Source: a virus (lineage: Duplodnaviria; Caudoviricetes). Taken from it: DNA of 42,562 bases. The stretch is taken from IMG/VR virus record IMGVR_UViG_3300003375_000052, positions 1 through 42,562 of that record; one strand, given 5' to 3'. A program made the translations under genes and the position numbers. The notes beneath the pieces were generated by a model. It searched no databases, had not been told where the DNA came from, and saw nothing but the letters and a program-made list of their open reading frames with translations. How positions within the stretch are numbered: the stretch's first letter is position 1; the number at the start of each line of letters is the position of its first letter. This document shows positions 15,608-26,200 of the stretch, piece after piece.

Positions 15608-17782
15608 ATGGCAGGAGCAACTACAGCAAGCGTTGCTGCAACCCAGGTTGTTACCGCTACTGGATCGGCAACAGGAACATTGCAAGCCTACGGTGGAAAC
15701 ATCCAATACGTACCAGGGTTAAAATTGCCTCTTAAAAATCCGTTATTTTCATATGCAACATACGATTATGTATTAGGCATTAGCGCACTAACTACAGATA
15801 CATATAACGATGCTTCTTATGTAACTGGAAGAAAATTGCCTCTCATTTGTAAATCAGCAAACGCTGATCCAAGTAATCGAATAGCAACACCATACGGAAA
15901 ATTTGATTTTTTTATTGATAATTTAGAAATGAAATCATTGATGGGAAACGACCGTGGAAATAATACAAATGTTGCAGGCCCATTTACATTTACAATTACT
16001 GAACCATACAGCATGGGGATGTTTCCAATTGCTTTACAAACAGCCGCAGCAAATACCGGACACCCGAATTGGCGAGACGGCCCGTTTTTATTAACCATCC
16101 AATTCCGTGGAAATACTGAACTTGGAGTAATGGCAAACATCCCAGGTACTACTAGATATATCCCATTCCAATTTACAAACATGAGTTCAAAAACGAATCA
16201 AAATGGTACTGTATATCAGTGCGAAGCATTACCGTATAATGCTCCAGGCTTGAGTAATAGATATGCCTCTTTAAAAACAGATGTATCAATTAAAGGAACT
16301 ACAGTTCAAGAAATGTTATGTACTGGTGAAAAGAGTCTACAGGCAGCACTTAATGTACAACCAAAGCAATTAGCCGCTGAAAAAACAACAGCAGTACCAC
16401 CCGAAGAATATGTTATATTATTTCCTATACCCGGATCACAAACAACATCACCAGATTCGACATCATCGGATGGCGCAACTATATCTCCTGCTGCGCTAAC
16501 TTCTCTGTATACAAAACTTGGAGTAAAACGTGATACTAAAAGTGGTTTATTGATACAAACTTCAGAGTGTAATGACCTTGGCAAGGCAGACATGCATTTT
16601 GATCAAGGTAATAAAGGAAATATTCCAGTTAGTAATGATAGTGTAGTTTATAATAAAGGCGCAAAATCGCCCATTCGTGGCAACATGACAATTAATTATA
16701 AAGAAAGTGATTTTAAATTTACACAAAATTCTGATGTTCCAAATGCAATTAATCAAGTACTATTACAAAGTAAATTTCCTCAGCAAACAATGGACGCTAG
16801 TAAATTAAGCCCTGAAGGATTTCGTGATTGGTGGCGTATTGAATGTTTAATTTATATTATTGATGATAATAGTAATATGAAAACTACCGGCCAAAAACCT
16901 AAATTAATTGTATATCGAGTATATCCGTGGGCAGTTCATGCTAGCCGTGTAACTGCTCCTAACGTACAAGCGCCAGGGTTTGATAATTTAGGCCTACAAA
17001 TTGTAAAATCTTATGAATATATCTATACTGGTAAAAACGTAGATATTATTAACTTTAATATAGATCTAAATGCAGCCTATACTGTTGAAATGAGCTCAGA
17101 CGGTTATAAAAGAAGTCAGGATGTTAAACGGCAAGGTCAAGAAAGCGGTAGTCCTGAAACACAGTCTGAGCCTGAAGTATTAGCACCAGGAGCAGATCCG
17201 TCAACCGTTCCTGGCAATCTTCCTCAACAAGTACAATATACTGCACGAAATACTCGGACTGATAAGAAGGGCGGCGGCGGCAATGAAACCATGGCAACTC
17301 GCGCAGCTCGACAGTTTAATGATGTTATAAATTCAAAAATAGAATTAGTTAATATTAATTTAGAAATTATAGGCGATCCTTATTATATTGTGCAAAGTGG
17401 ATTAGGTACATATACTGCTAAACCAACGCAATTTAAAAATTTAAAATACGACGGAACAGCAGACCATCAAAGCGGAGAAGTTGATATTAAAATTCACTTT
17501 AGAAGTCCAATTGATCTTAATCAAACTACTGGCTTATATGATTTTAATACAGTAAGTAAAGATGCTCCTGTATTAGCATTCACCGGATTTTATCATGTTA
17601 TTAGTGTGACTAGTAAGTTCAGAGGCGGCACATTTACACAGTCAATTGAAGGACAACGTAGAACAGGACAAGATATTCCAACAAAAGCAACACCGGATCA
17701 AGTTGCAAATACAAGTGCCCCGGCAATTGATCCGCTCGCTCCGCAAGCAGGCGGCATTGGCTGGGTTGACGGTGGAGGTTAA
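15608..17782 (+). CDS. Baseplate hub protein (gp27/gpD-like)
   Basis: 724 aa; lies between gp53 and the spike; C-terminal LEIIGDP...GFYHVISVTSKFRGGTFTQSI pattern typical of hub proteins. Confidence 0.6.
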   Translation: MAGATTASVAATQVVTATGSATGTLQAYGGNIQYVPGLKLPLKNPLFSYATYDYVLGISALTTDTYNDASYVTGRKLPLICKSANADPSNRIATPYGKFDFFIDNLEMKSLMGNDRGNNTNVAGPFTFTITEPYSMGMFPIALQTAAANTGHPNWRDGPFLLTIQFRGNTELGVMANIPGTTRYIPFQFTNMSSKTNQNGTVYQCEALPYNAPGLSNRYASLKTDVSIKGTTVQEMLCTGEKSLQAALNVQPKQLAAEKTTAVPPEEYVILFPIPGSQTTSPDSTSSDGATISPAALTSLYTKLGVKRDTKSGLLIQTSECNDLGKADMHFDQGNKGNIPVSNDSVVYNKGAKSPIRGNMTINYKESDFKFTQNSDVPNAINQVLLQSKFPQQTMDASKLSPEGFRDWWRIECLIYIIDDNSNMKTTGQKPKLIVYRVYPWAVHASRVTAPNVQAPGFDNLGLQIVKSYEYIYTGKNVDIINFNIDLNAAYTVEMSSDGYKRSQDVKRQGQESGSPETQSEPEVLAPGADPSTVPGNLPQQVQYTARNTRTDKKGGGGNETMATRAARQFNDVINSKIELVNINLEIIGDPYYIVQSGLGTYTAKPTQFKNLKYDGTADHQSGEVDIKIHFRSPIDLNQTTGLYDFNTVSKDAPVLAFTGFYHVISVTSKFRGGTFTQSIEGQRRTGQDIPTKATPDQVANTSAPAIDPLAPQAGGIGWVDGGG

Positions 17783-17784
17783 CT

Positions 17785-19290
17785 ATGGCAAACAATGAAA
17801 TTACAAATAGTCCTATAGATGGACCAGAACAAAGTCCAGGCCCATTCCTTGCCAAGGTTATTAGCAATATGGATCCTACCTACATGGGAACATTAGAAGT
17901 TGAAATACTAAGACCATCGGGGGCTGACGGAACACAAAGTGTCTACCATCAAGTGAAATACATGAGTCCATTTTATGGAGTAACTAGTGTAAATTTTATT
18001 AAAAAAGACCCTGATAATTATACTAATACTCAACAGAGTTACGGAATGTGGATGGCCCCGCCGGATGTAGGTGCAACTGTAGTTATTATGTTTATCGATG
18101 GAGATCCAAAACGAGGTTATTGGTTTGGATGTGTCCCAGACGAATCGATGAACTTTATGATTCCTGGCAACCCTGCAACTGCTAATACAGTCGAAGGCAC
18201 TTATCCTAGAGCACCAGCCGGTGAATATAACAAACTAACAAATTCACAAGTTGGAGATCCTGAAGCGGTTAAAAAACCAACAAGCCCAATGGCCGCAGTG
18301 CTAAACACTCAAGGGTTAATCTTAGATGACATAAGAGGTATAACAACTAGCAGTGCTAGACGTGAATCACCATCGATGGTATTTGGAATATCAACACCTG
18401 GTCCTTTAGATAAGCGTCCCGGCGCAAATACTGGAAATTATGGCAAACCAGAATATGTTATTACTAATGCTCCTGTTAGTAGACTAGGTGGATCAACATT
18501 TGTTATGGACGATGGCGACCAGGCATTTACTCGCAAAACTCCTGCCAGTTCTGGACCACCCGAGTATGCCGCAGTTGAAACCGGTGACACTACAGGCGAC
18601 CCGACCATTCCGCATAACGAACTTGTGCGTATTCGTACTAGAACCGGACATCAAATACTGTTACACAACAGTGAAGATTTAATTTACATTGGTAATGCTC
18701 GAGGCACAACATGGATTGAATTAACTAGCAACGGCAAAATAGACATCTATGCAAATGATAGTATTAGTGTACATACTAAAAACGATTTAAATTTTACTGC
18801 TGATCGAGATATTAATTTTACTGCGGCTAATAACATTAATTTAAACGCCAAGGCAATTTTTGCACAAACAGTTAACAATCTTGAAATTAAAGTAGGAAAA
18901 GATGGAAAAATTGATGCTGCTGGTTCAGCAAACATTAAAAGCGGAACTACTACTAATATTACATCAGGTACAGACCTTAATCTTAAAGCAGGCGCAAGAT
19001 GGATGCAATCAGGAGCATCATATTGGTCTAAACCGGCAGGTGGAGGCGGTTCGTCCGAAGTAAGTGCGGTAGCAGCCGCCGCAGCCGCAGCCCCTAAAGC
19101 AGCTCGAGTACCCCTTGCTGAGCCATGGGCTGGGCATGAAAATTTAGATCCTAAAGGCTGCACACCTGCACCTGCCGCAGCCGCAGCACCTAAACAGCCT
19201 GCTCCAGCTAAGTGGAAACAATATACAACAGCAACAGATACATTTACAAAATATAAAGGGAATACCCCTGCAGACGGAAGAACACCATGA
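17785..19290 (+). CDS. gp5: Central spike, gp5/VgrG-like (OB-fold plus beta-helix, no lysozyme domain seen)
   Basis: DPTYMGTLEV, SYGMWMAPPDVGATVVIMF (gp5 OB-fold), RTRTGHQILL, and beta-helix-like repeats. Confidence 0.8.
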   Translation: MANNEITNSPIDGPEQSPGPFLAKVISNMDPTYMGTLEVEILRPSGADGTQSVYHQVKYMSPFYGVTSVNFIKKDPDNYTNTQQSYGMWMAPPDVGATVVIMFIDGDPKRGYWFGCVPDESMNFMIPGNPATANTVEGTYPRAPAGEYNKLTNSQVGDPEAVKKPTSPMAAVLNTQGLILDDIRGITTSSARRESPSMVFGISTPGPLDKRPGANTGNYGKPEYVITNAPVSRLGGSTFVMDDGDQAFTRKTPASSGPPEYAAVETGDTTGDPTIPHNELVRIRTRTGHQILLHNSEDLIYIGNARGTTWIELTSNGKIDIYANDSISVHTKNDLNFTADRDINFTAANNINLNAKAIFAQTVNNLEIKVGKDGKIDAAGSANIKSGTTTNITSGTDLNLKAGARWMQSGASYWSKPAGGGGSSEVSAVAAAAAAAPKAARVPLAEPWAGHENLDPKGCTPAPAAAAAPKQPAPAKWKQYTTATDTFTKYKGNTPADGRTP

Positions 19291-19718
19291 GCTTATATAA
19301 CACTTTAACACTACCAGCACGTCCTAATCCTACCCAAGTAGGTCCACAGATGTACCGTGGATTTAGTACAGTAAACACCGCCAATCAAAATTTTGCTCTA
19401 TACGATTTTGAATTAATCAAACAAGATTTACTCAATCATTTCTATGTCCGCCAAGGTGAACGCCTCATGAATCCAACATTTGGCTGTGTTATATGGGATC
19501 TATTATTTGAACCGTTAACCGAACAAGTTAAAGGTATTATTCTACAAAATATTAACGATATTGTCAACTTTGATCCTAGGGTGCAGGCCAGTAATGTGCT
19601 GATAACCAGTTATGATACTGGCATACAGATAGAATATACGCTAACATATGTTCCTTATAATCTATCAGAAAACATACGATTAAAGTTTGATCAAGCAAAC
19701 AATATCGTATCAAAGTAA
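19287..19718 (+). CDS. gp25: Baseplate wedge subunit / sheath initiator
   Basis: IKQDLLNHFYVRQGERLMNPTFGCVIWDLLFEPL...DPRV. Confidence 0.92.
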   Translation: MSLYNTLTLPARPNPTQVGPQMYRGFSTVNTANQNFALYDFELIKQDLLNHFYVRQGERLMNPTFGCVIWDLLFEPLTEQVKGIILQNINDIVNFDPRVQASNVLITSYDTGIQIEYTLTYVPYNLSENIRLKFDQANNIVSK

Positions 19719-19742
19719 TAATATATGTAGTTAATTTTAAAC

Positions 19743-19750
19743 AATAAATA
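19743..19750 (+). promoter_or_regulatory. Putative late promoter AATAAATA
   Basis: In the 50-bp gap, 18 nt upstream of ATG 19769, with AGGA RBS. Confidence 0.6.
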
Positions 19751-19768
19751 CACTTATTAGGATCAATC

Positions 19769-22700
19769 ATGAGTTCAACAGCTAGACAAAATAATCTATT
19801 ATTAGCAGAAGACTGGCAAAAAATATATCAAAGTTTCCGTAATGCAGACTTTGCTAGTTACGATTTTGACAATCTTCGTCGTACGATGATTGACTATATC
19901 CGTACAAATTTCCCAGAAGATTTTAACGATTATATTGAAAGTTCAGAATACTTAGCCCTTATTGATCTTATTGCATTTGTTGGACAAAGTATAGCATTTC
20001 GTGTGGATTTAAATGCACGTGAAAACTTTTTAGAGCTTGCCGAACGCCGCGATAGCATTTTAAGACTGGCTCGATTGGTTAGCTATAACCCTAGCAGAAA
20101 CGTTGCAGCCAGAGGATTATTAAAATTTAATACAATCCAAACAACTGAAAATGTTATTGATAGCAATGGCAGAAATTTATCAGGACAGTATATTACTTGG
20201 AACGATTCGAGTAATCCAAACTGGTATGATCAGTTTATTAAAGTGATCAATGCTACATTCCCTCAAACACAACAGTTTGGAAATCCAGCAGATTCTGCAA
20301 CAATCTACGGAATACCAACTGCACAATATAGATTTAATACAACAAATACAGATGTTCCTATATACGGATTTACAAAAACAGTAGCTGGTCGATCGATGAA
20401 TTTTGAAATCACTAGTACTACATTTAACGGTGAAACTTTTATCTATGAAGAAGCACCAAAGATTGGAAATAATATTGCCTGCGTGTACACTGATGATGGA
20501 TATGGTGCAGGTAGTCCGGGTACAGGATTCTTTTTTAATTTTGTTCAAGGAACACTAAACACTGGAACATTTACAGTTACAAATCCCAGTAGCAATGAAA
20601 CAATCGATGTGGCCACACAAAATATCAATAATACAGATGTATGGTTATACTCATTAAATCAGAGTACCGGTCTTGAAAATACCTTATGGACACAAGTACC
20701 AGCCTTAACCGGCAACAATGTAATTTATAATAGTTTAAATCAAAAAAACAAAACAATTTATAGTGCATTGACTAAAGCAAACGATGCAATAACCTTAGCT
20801 TTTAGTGATGGTATATTTGGTAATTTACCATTAGGCGCATTTAGAATTTACTACAGGGTTAGTAATAATCTAGCATATACCATTACTCCTGCAGACATTG
20901 TCAATGTATTAATTAGTATACCGTATACATCTGCAACCGGACAAACACAAACATTGTCGCTGTCTTTAAGTTTAGCAACATCGATTACTAATGCTACACA
21001 ATCAGAAACAAATGCAAGTATTAAAACTAATGCTCCTCAGACTTATTATACACAAAATCGTATGATCACTGGTGAAGATTATAATATTAGTCCACTAGCA
21101 GCAAACTTGCAAGTAACAAAAGTCAAAGCAATTAATAGAATTAGTAGTGGTATTAGTAGATATTTTGATTTAACTGATCCTACAGGAAAATACAGTTCAA
21201 CAAATTTATTTGCAGATGATGGTATAATTTATCAACAAACCTATACTACCGGAACTTCGTTCTCATATATAACACAAACAGATATCCAAGGTATAATCGA
21301 TAATACAGTATTGCCGCTACTTAAAGATACTAATCTTAGAAATTTTTATTATCAAAATTTTGTTAACTACCTTACATCAAGTTTAAATGTATTTTGGTAT
21401 AGTAAAACCATCGACAGCAACAGTTCTACAGGATCTATCGGAATAAATTCAACAACATTCTCAGCAGTAGGTACATATACATTAACTGATCTAAAATATG
21501 TCACTCCTGGTGCGCTGATTAAATTCACAGCACCGCCCGGATACTATTTTAATACTAAGAAAAATAATGTATTGACCCCAGGTACAGCAACAGTTTCTGG
21601 AGCAGTTAGCTATCTATGGGCTGAAGTTATTTCAGTTAACGGTGACGGAACATCGACATTATCATCTGGACTAGGACCTATTACACTAAGTAAAGCGATA
21701 CCGTCTGATGCAAAACTAGATCAAATAATTCCAGAATTTTCAACAACGCTAATACCTAGTGTTGTTACACAAATGATTGATTTAATATTCTCTAATTCAT
21801 CATTTGGTCTACGATATGACGGCCCAACACAAAGTTGGCAAATTATTTTTGAAAGCAATTTAAATATCAGCGCACCTTTTAATTTAGCCAATCAAGGCGA
21901 TGCAACAAACACACAACAAGATGCAAGTTGGTTCCTAGCATTTACTACGGATACAGAAAAATATACTATTACAGAAAGAGCAATGCGTTATGTATTTGAA
22001 AGTAATAGTGAAGTAACATTCTATTTTGATAGTAATAATAAAATTTATGATGCGACTTCAGGAAAAACTATTTCAGATATAATAAAGGTATTAAATATCA
22101 ATACTCAACCAGATAGTTTATCAGCATTTACAACAGATTATGATTGGCAAATTGTTTCAGAGTATGTTGGCAAAGACGGCTATATTGATCCTAAAAAAGT
22201 TGTTGTAACATTCGCTAACCCACAGAATACTGGAGCAGTTGATAATCCCCAGCTATTTTTAGACATTGTTAATCCATCAAATAATCCGTTAACAAAATAT
22301 ATTGTTGAACAAAAATACACAATTACAGAAGGTCAAGAAGATTACAAATATGTTTCTAATGATTCAGCACTTGGTCCAGTGATTATACTTTCAACTAAAT
22401 CTATAGCATATCCCTTAACACAATGGAATGACGGTCAGTATTTCTATTTTGTCGATACTCTAACTGTAGTTCAATATAGTAAAACAACTAGTACATTAAA
22501 TCCTACATTGAATTATAAAGTATATACCGGTCGTGATAATTTACGATTCCAATATACTCACAGTGCCGATTACGATTCAAGAATTGACCCAGGATCTAGT
22601 AATATTATTGACATATATGTATTAACAAATAGCTATGATTTAGCATTTAGACAATGGGTTGATTCGGGTGCAAATGCAGCAGAACCTCTACCACCAAGTC

Positions 22701-23224
22701 AAGATTCATTAAACAGTTTGTTAAGCCCTAATTTAAATTTAATTAAATCTATATCAGATGAAATAGTTTACCACCCTGTTTATTATACATTGTTGTTTGG
22801 CCCAACAGCTGATCCAAGTTTACAAGCAACGTTTGACATAATGATCAATCCTAATTCGGTAGTCTCTGCAGCCAATGTCACTGCTAGAGCATTAGCTGCA
22901 ATCAATCAATTTTTTGCTTTAGAAAATTGGGATTTTGGAGATACTTTCTATTTTACAGAATTATCAACCTACGTAATGCAACAATTAGCACCGGACGTTA
23001 TTAGTTTTGTTATTGTGCCTACTCAAACAGGTCAATACTTTGGTAGTTTATTTGAGATACAATGTCCAAGTGATAGTATATTTTTAAGTTGTGCTACTGC
23101 TGCTAACATACAGGTAGTGTCAGGATTAACATCAAGTAATCTTAAAACAATAACAGGCAGTGGGTTAGGTACGTTGACTAATTCACAACAAATAACTAGC
23201 GCAAATTACGGAGCAAATAGTTAA
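19769..23224 (+). CDS. gp6: Baseplate wedge subunit (gp6 / baseplate J-like), enlarged
   Basis: YDFDNLRRTMIDYI, FNDYIESSE, ENFLELAERRDSILRLARLVSYNP, FSDGIFGNLP, QNRMITGEDY. Confidence 0.88.
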   Translation: MSSTARQNNLLLAEDWQKIYQSFRNADFASYDFDNLRRTMIDYIRTNFPEDFNDYIESSEYLALIDLIAFVGQSIAFRVDLNARENFLELAERRDSILRLARLVSYNPSRNVAARGLLKFNTIQTTENVIDSNGRNLSGQYITWNDSSNPNWYDQFIKVINATFPQTQQFGNPADSATIYGIPTAQYRFNTTNTDVPIYGFTKTVAGRSMNFEITSTTFNGETFIYEEAPKIGNNIACVYTDDGYGAGSPGTGFFFNFVQGTLNTGTFTVTNPSSNETIDVATQNINNTDVWLYSLNQSTGLENTLWTQVPALTGNNVIYNSLNQKNKTIYSALTKANDAITLAFSDGIFGNLPLGAFRIYYRVSNNLAYTITPADIVNVLISIPYTSATGQTQTLSLSLSLATSITNATQSETNASIKTNAPQTYYTQNRMITGEDYNISPLAANLQVTKVKAINRISSGISRYFDLTDPTGKYSSTNLFADDGIIYQQTYTTGTSFSYITQTDIQGIIDNTVLPLLKDTNLRNFYYQNFVNYLTSSLNVFWYSKTIDSNSSTGSIGINSTTFSAVGTYTLTDLKYVTPGALIKFTAPPGYYFNTKKNNVLTPGTATVSGAVSYLWAEVISVNGDGTSTLSSGLGPITLSKAIPSDAKLDQIIPEFSTTLIPSVVTQMIDLIFSNSSFGLRYDGPTQSWQIIFESNLNISAPFNLANQGDATNTQQDASWFLAFTTDTEKYTITERAMRYVFESNSEVTFYFDSNNKIYDATSGKTISDIIKVLNINTQPDSLSAFTTDYDWQIVSEYVGKDGYIDPKKVVVTFANPQNTGAVDNPQLFLDIVNPSNNPLTKYIVEQKYTITEGQEDYKYVSNDSALGPVIILSTKSIAYPLTQWNDGQYFYFVDTLTVVQYSKTTSTLNPTLNYKVYTGRDNLRFQYTHSADYDSRIDPGSSNIIDIYVLTNSYDLAFRQWVDSGANAAEPLPPSQDSLNSLLSPNLNLIKSISDEIVYHPVYYTLLFGPTADPSLQATFDIMINPNSVVSAANVTARALAAINQFFALENWDFGDTFYFTELSTYVMQQLAPDVISFVIVPTQTGQYFGSLFEIQCPSDSIFLSCATAANIQVVSGLTSSNLKTITGSGLGTLTNSQQITSANYGANS

Positions 23225-26200
23225 TGGTTTCAAAAAACAATAGCAATGTTCCTACAGGCAACAACGGCCTAGGAGTAAATTTCCTTCCAGATTTTTATCA
23301 AACTCCTGCAAACAAAAAGTTTTTACAGAGTACAATTGATCAACTTTATCAACCAGGTACTGTAACAAAAACTAGCGGATTTATCGGTCGAAAGAATGCC
23401 AAAGCTGCAATTAATACAGATGTATATGTTCAAGCAGCAGACCAAACTCGTCAGAATTATCAATTAGAGCCCGGGTTAGTTATTAAAGATACTGTAGGAA
23501 ATGTAAAGTTTTTTAAAGATTATATCGACTATATTAATCAAATTAATGTATTCGGAGGAAATACTTCTAACCATCCGAGATTAAATGCACAAGAATTTTA
23601 TTCCTGGGATCCGCATTTTGATTGGGATAAATTTTCAAACTTTCAAAATTATTATTGGTTGCCATATGGTCCATCTACTATTAAAATTTATGGCCAGCAA
23701 GGGGCTATTTCTAGTACATATACCGTAGTAATTCAAAACGAACAAGGTACAAATGAATATCTATTTACACCTAATGGCTTAGACTTAAATCCGACTATAA
23801 AGTTGTATAGAGGCCAGACTTATAATTTTAACATTACAAGTAATAATAATCCATTTAGTATAATGGCAACTAGAACCATTGGGTCGAGTAATCGATACGC
23901 AACCGGGGTCACTAATAACGGAATTGAATCCGGAATACTTACATTTACGGTACCAGCAGACGCACCTAGTTTGTTGTACTATCAAAGCGAGACTGATATT
24001 AATTTAGGTGGAGCAATTGAAATATTTGATGTTGTTGAAGCAAGTACGCTGAATGTTGAAACTGATATCCTAGGAAAACAAAAATACACGTTGCATGATG
24101 GTACTTCATTAAGCAACGGAATGAAAGTAGCATTTGGTGGAAATGTTATACCTGCTAGCTATGCAACTGGTCAGTATTATGTTGAAGGTGTAGGTACAGC
24201 AATTAAATTATCTGCAGAATCAATGCTAGAAATTATAAGTCCTTATACTACCGATTTATCTATTCAATTTGATCAAACACCCTTTGATATTGAACCATTT
24301 GACGATGCAACCGGTTATGCCAGTATACAAGACTATGTAGTAATTAATCGTGCCAGTCGTGACCATAATCCTTGGTCACGATACAATCGTTGGTTCCACA
24401 AAGATGTTATCACTGTATCGGCCCTCTATAATAATGATGTACCCACAATTGATCAAGCAGCTAGAGCTATCAGACCAATCATTGAATTTGAAGCAGATTT
24501 AAAACTATTTAATTTAGGAACTACAGCTATTTTTGATATTAACTTAGTTGATAATTTTACAACTGACGTATTTTCAAATATAGAAGGATCTTTAGGTTAT
24601 AACATTGACGGTGTACCTTTATCTAACGGTCAACGAATTTTATTTACTGCTGACACAGATCCTCTTGTACAAAATAAAATTTACCAAGTAGAATTTATTA
24701 ATATTCGTGGACGAAATCAAATTCATTTAATTGAAGTTGCAACCCCAACTATTAATCAAGTAACATTAGTATTAGAAGGTAAAAAAAATCAAAGCCAGAT
24801 GTACTGGTTCAACGGCACAACCTGGATTCAAGGCCAGCAAAAAACTAAAACAAATCAAGCACCGTTATTTGATATTGTAGATGATAACGGTATTAGCTAT
24901 AGTAATACTTCAGTATATAATGGTAGTACGTTTGGTGGAACTAAATTATTTTCATATAAAGTGGGAAACGGCGTAGCAGACACTGCCCTGGGATTTCCTC
25001 TATCATACTTAAATGTTAGTAATATAGGAGATATTGTTTTTAACTTCAATCTCGGTACCGATAGCTTTGAATATAAAGAAAATAATACAGTTAATACAAA
25101 AACTATTAATACTGGATATCTTGTTTCTCACGACTATGTTGGTAATCCCAGATATGTTAACGGTTGGCAAACGTGTGCAGCAGATACTGTGCAAGCAGCC
25201 GTTAGAATCTACACTAATTCTAATTTAACAAACAATTTTAATATCGATATTTTTGATGTTACCCCGTCTGAATTCCATCTTGATCAAGACGATGTTCGGG
25301 TCTATATTAACGATAATCGAGTAGCAATTGATCACTGGACACTAGTAAATACTTCATCTCATTATCAAGTTGTTTTCGCCATTCCGGTGATATTAACTGA
25401 TATTATTACAATTAAAGTTTATTCAGAAACTCCGATCAATAGTAACGGATATTATGAAATTCCGATCAATTTACAAAATAACCCGTTAAATGATACAGTA
25501 GAAACATTTACATTAGGTGAAGTCCGTGATCATGTAAACAGTATTATTGATAACATTTACAATCCTGAAATGGGTAATGATGCTACTGACATAGATAATT
25601 TACCCTATGACAAAAATAGTAATGATATTAAAGGTGTTACATTTATTGGCACATTTCCTGGTACAAGTAATTTAAGAGATTTAGGAAATATCACACAGTA
25701 TGGAACAAAATTTGTTCAGCATAGCGGCCCGTTAAGCCTTTCGCTATATCATATTACTTCTGAATCAAATAATATTATTCGTGCAACTGAAACAGCTAGA
25801 GATGACTATAATAGTTTTAAAAGAAACTTTATAACTATTGCAAGTTCATTAGGTGTAGATGCCGATCCAATAACGTTAGTTGATTTGACTTTACAAAAAA
25901 TCAATGCAAACAGACCAAATACTGCACCGTACTATTTTAGTGATATGGTTCCATATGGCGCAGCAGTTACTACTAATCTTATAGTTGTTGACCATAGAAT
26001 CAAAACCTATCCACTGAGTACTGTGTTTAATTTAACTAGTTTGTCTAATAAGGCAGTGTTGGTTTATCAAACATCAAACAGTGTTAAGACACAATTAATA
26101 TATGGTCGAGATTATACATTTAGCGATCAAGCAACTGTTGTAATTGATAATTCAGTAGCATTATTAACCGGAGATACTATTACTACAGTTGAGTACGACA

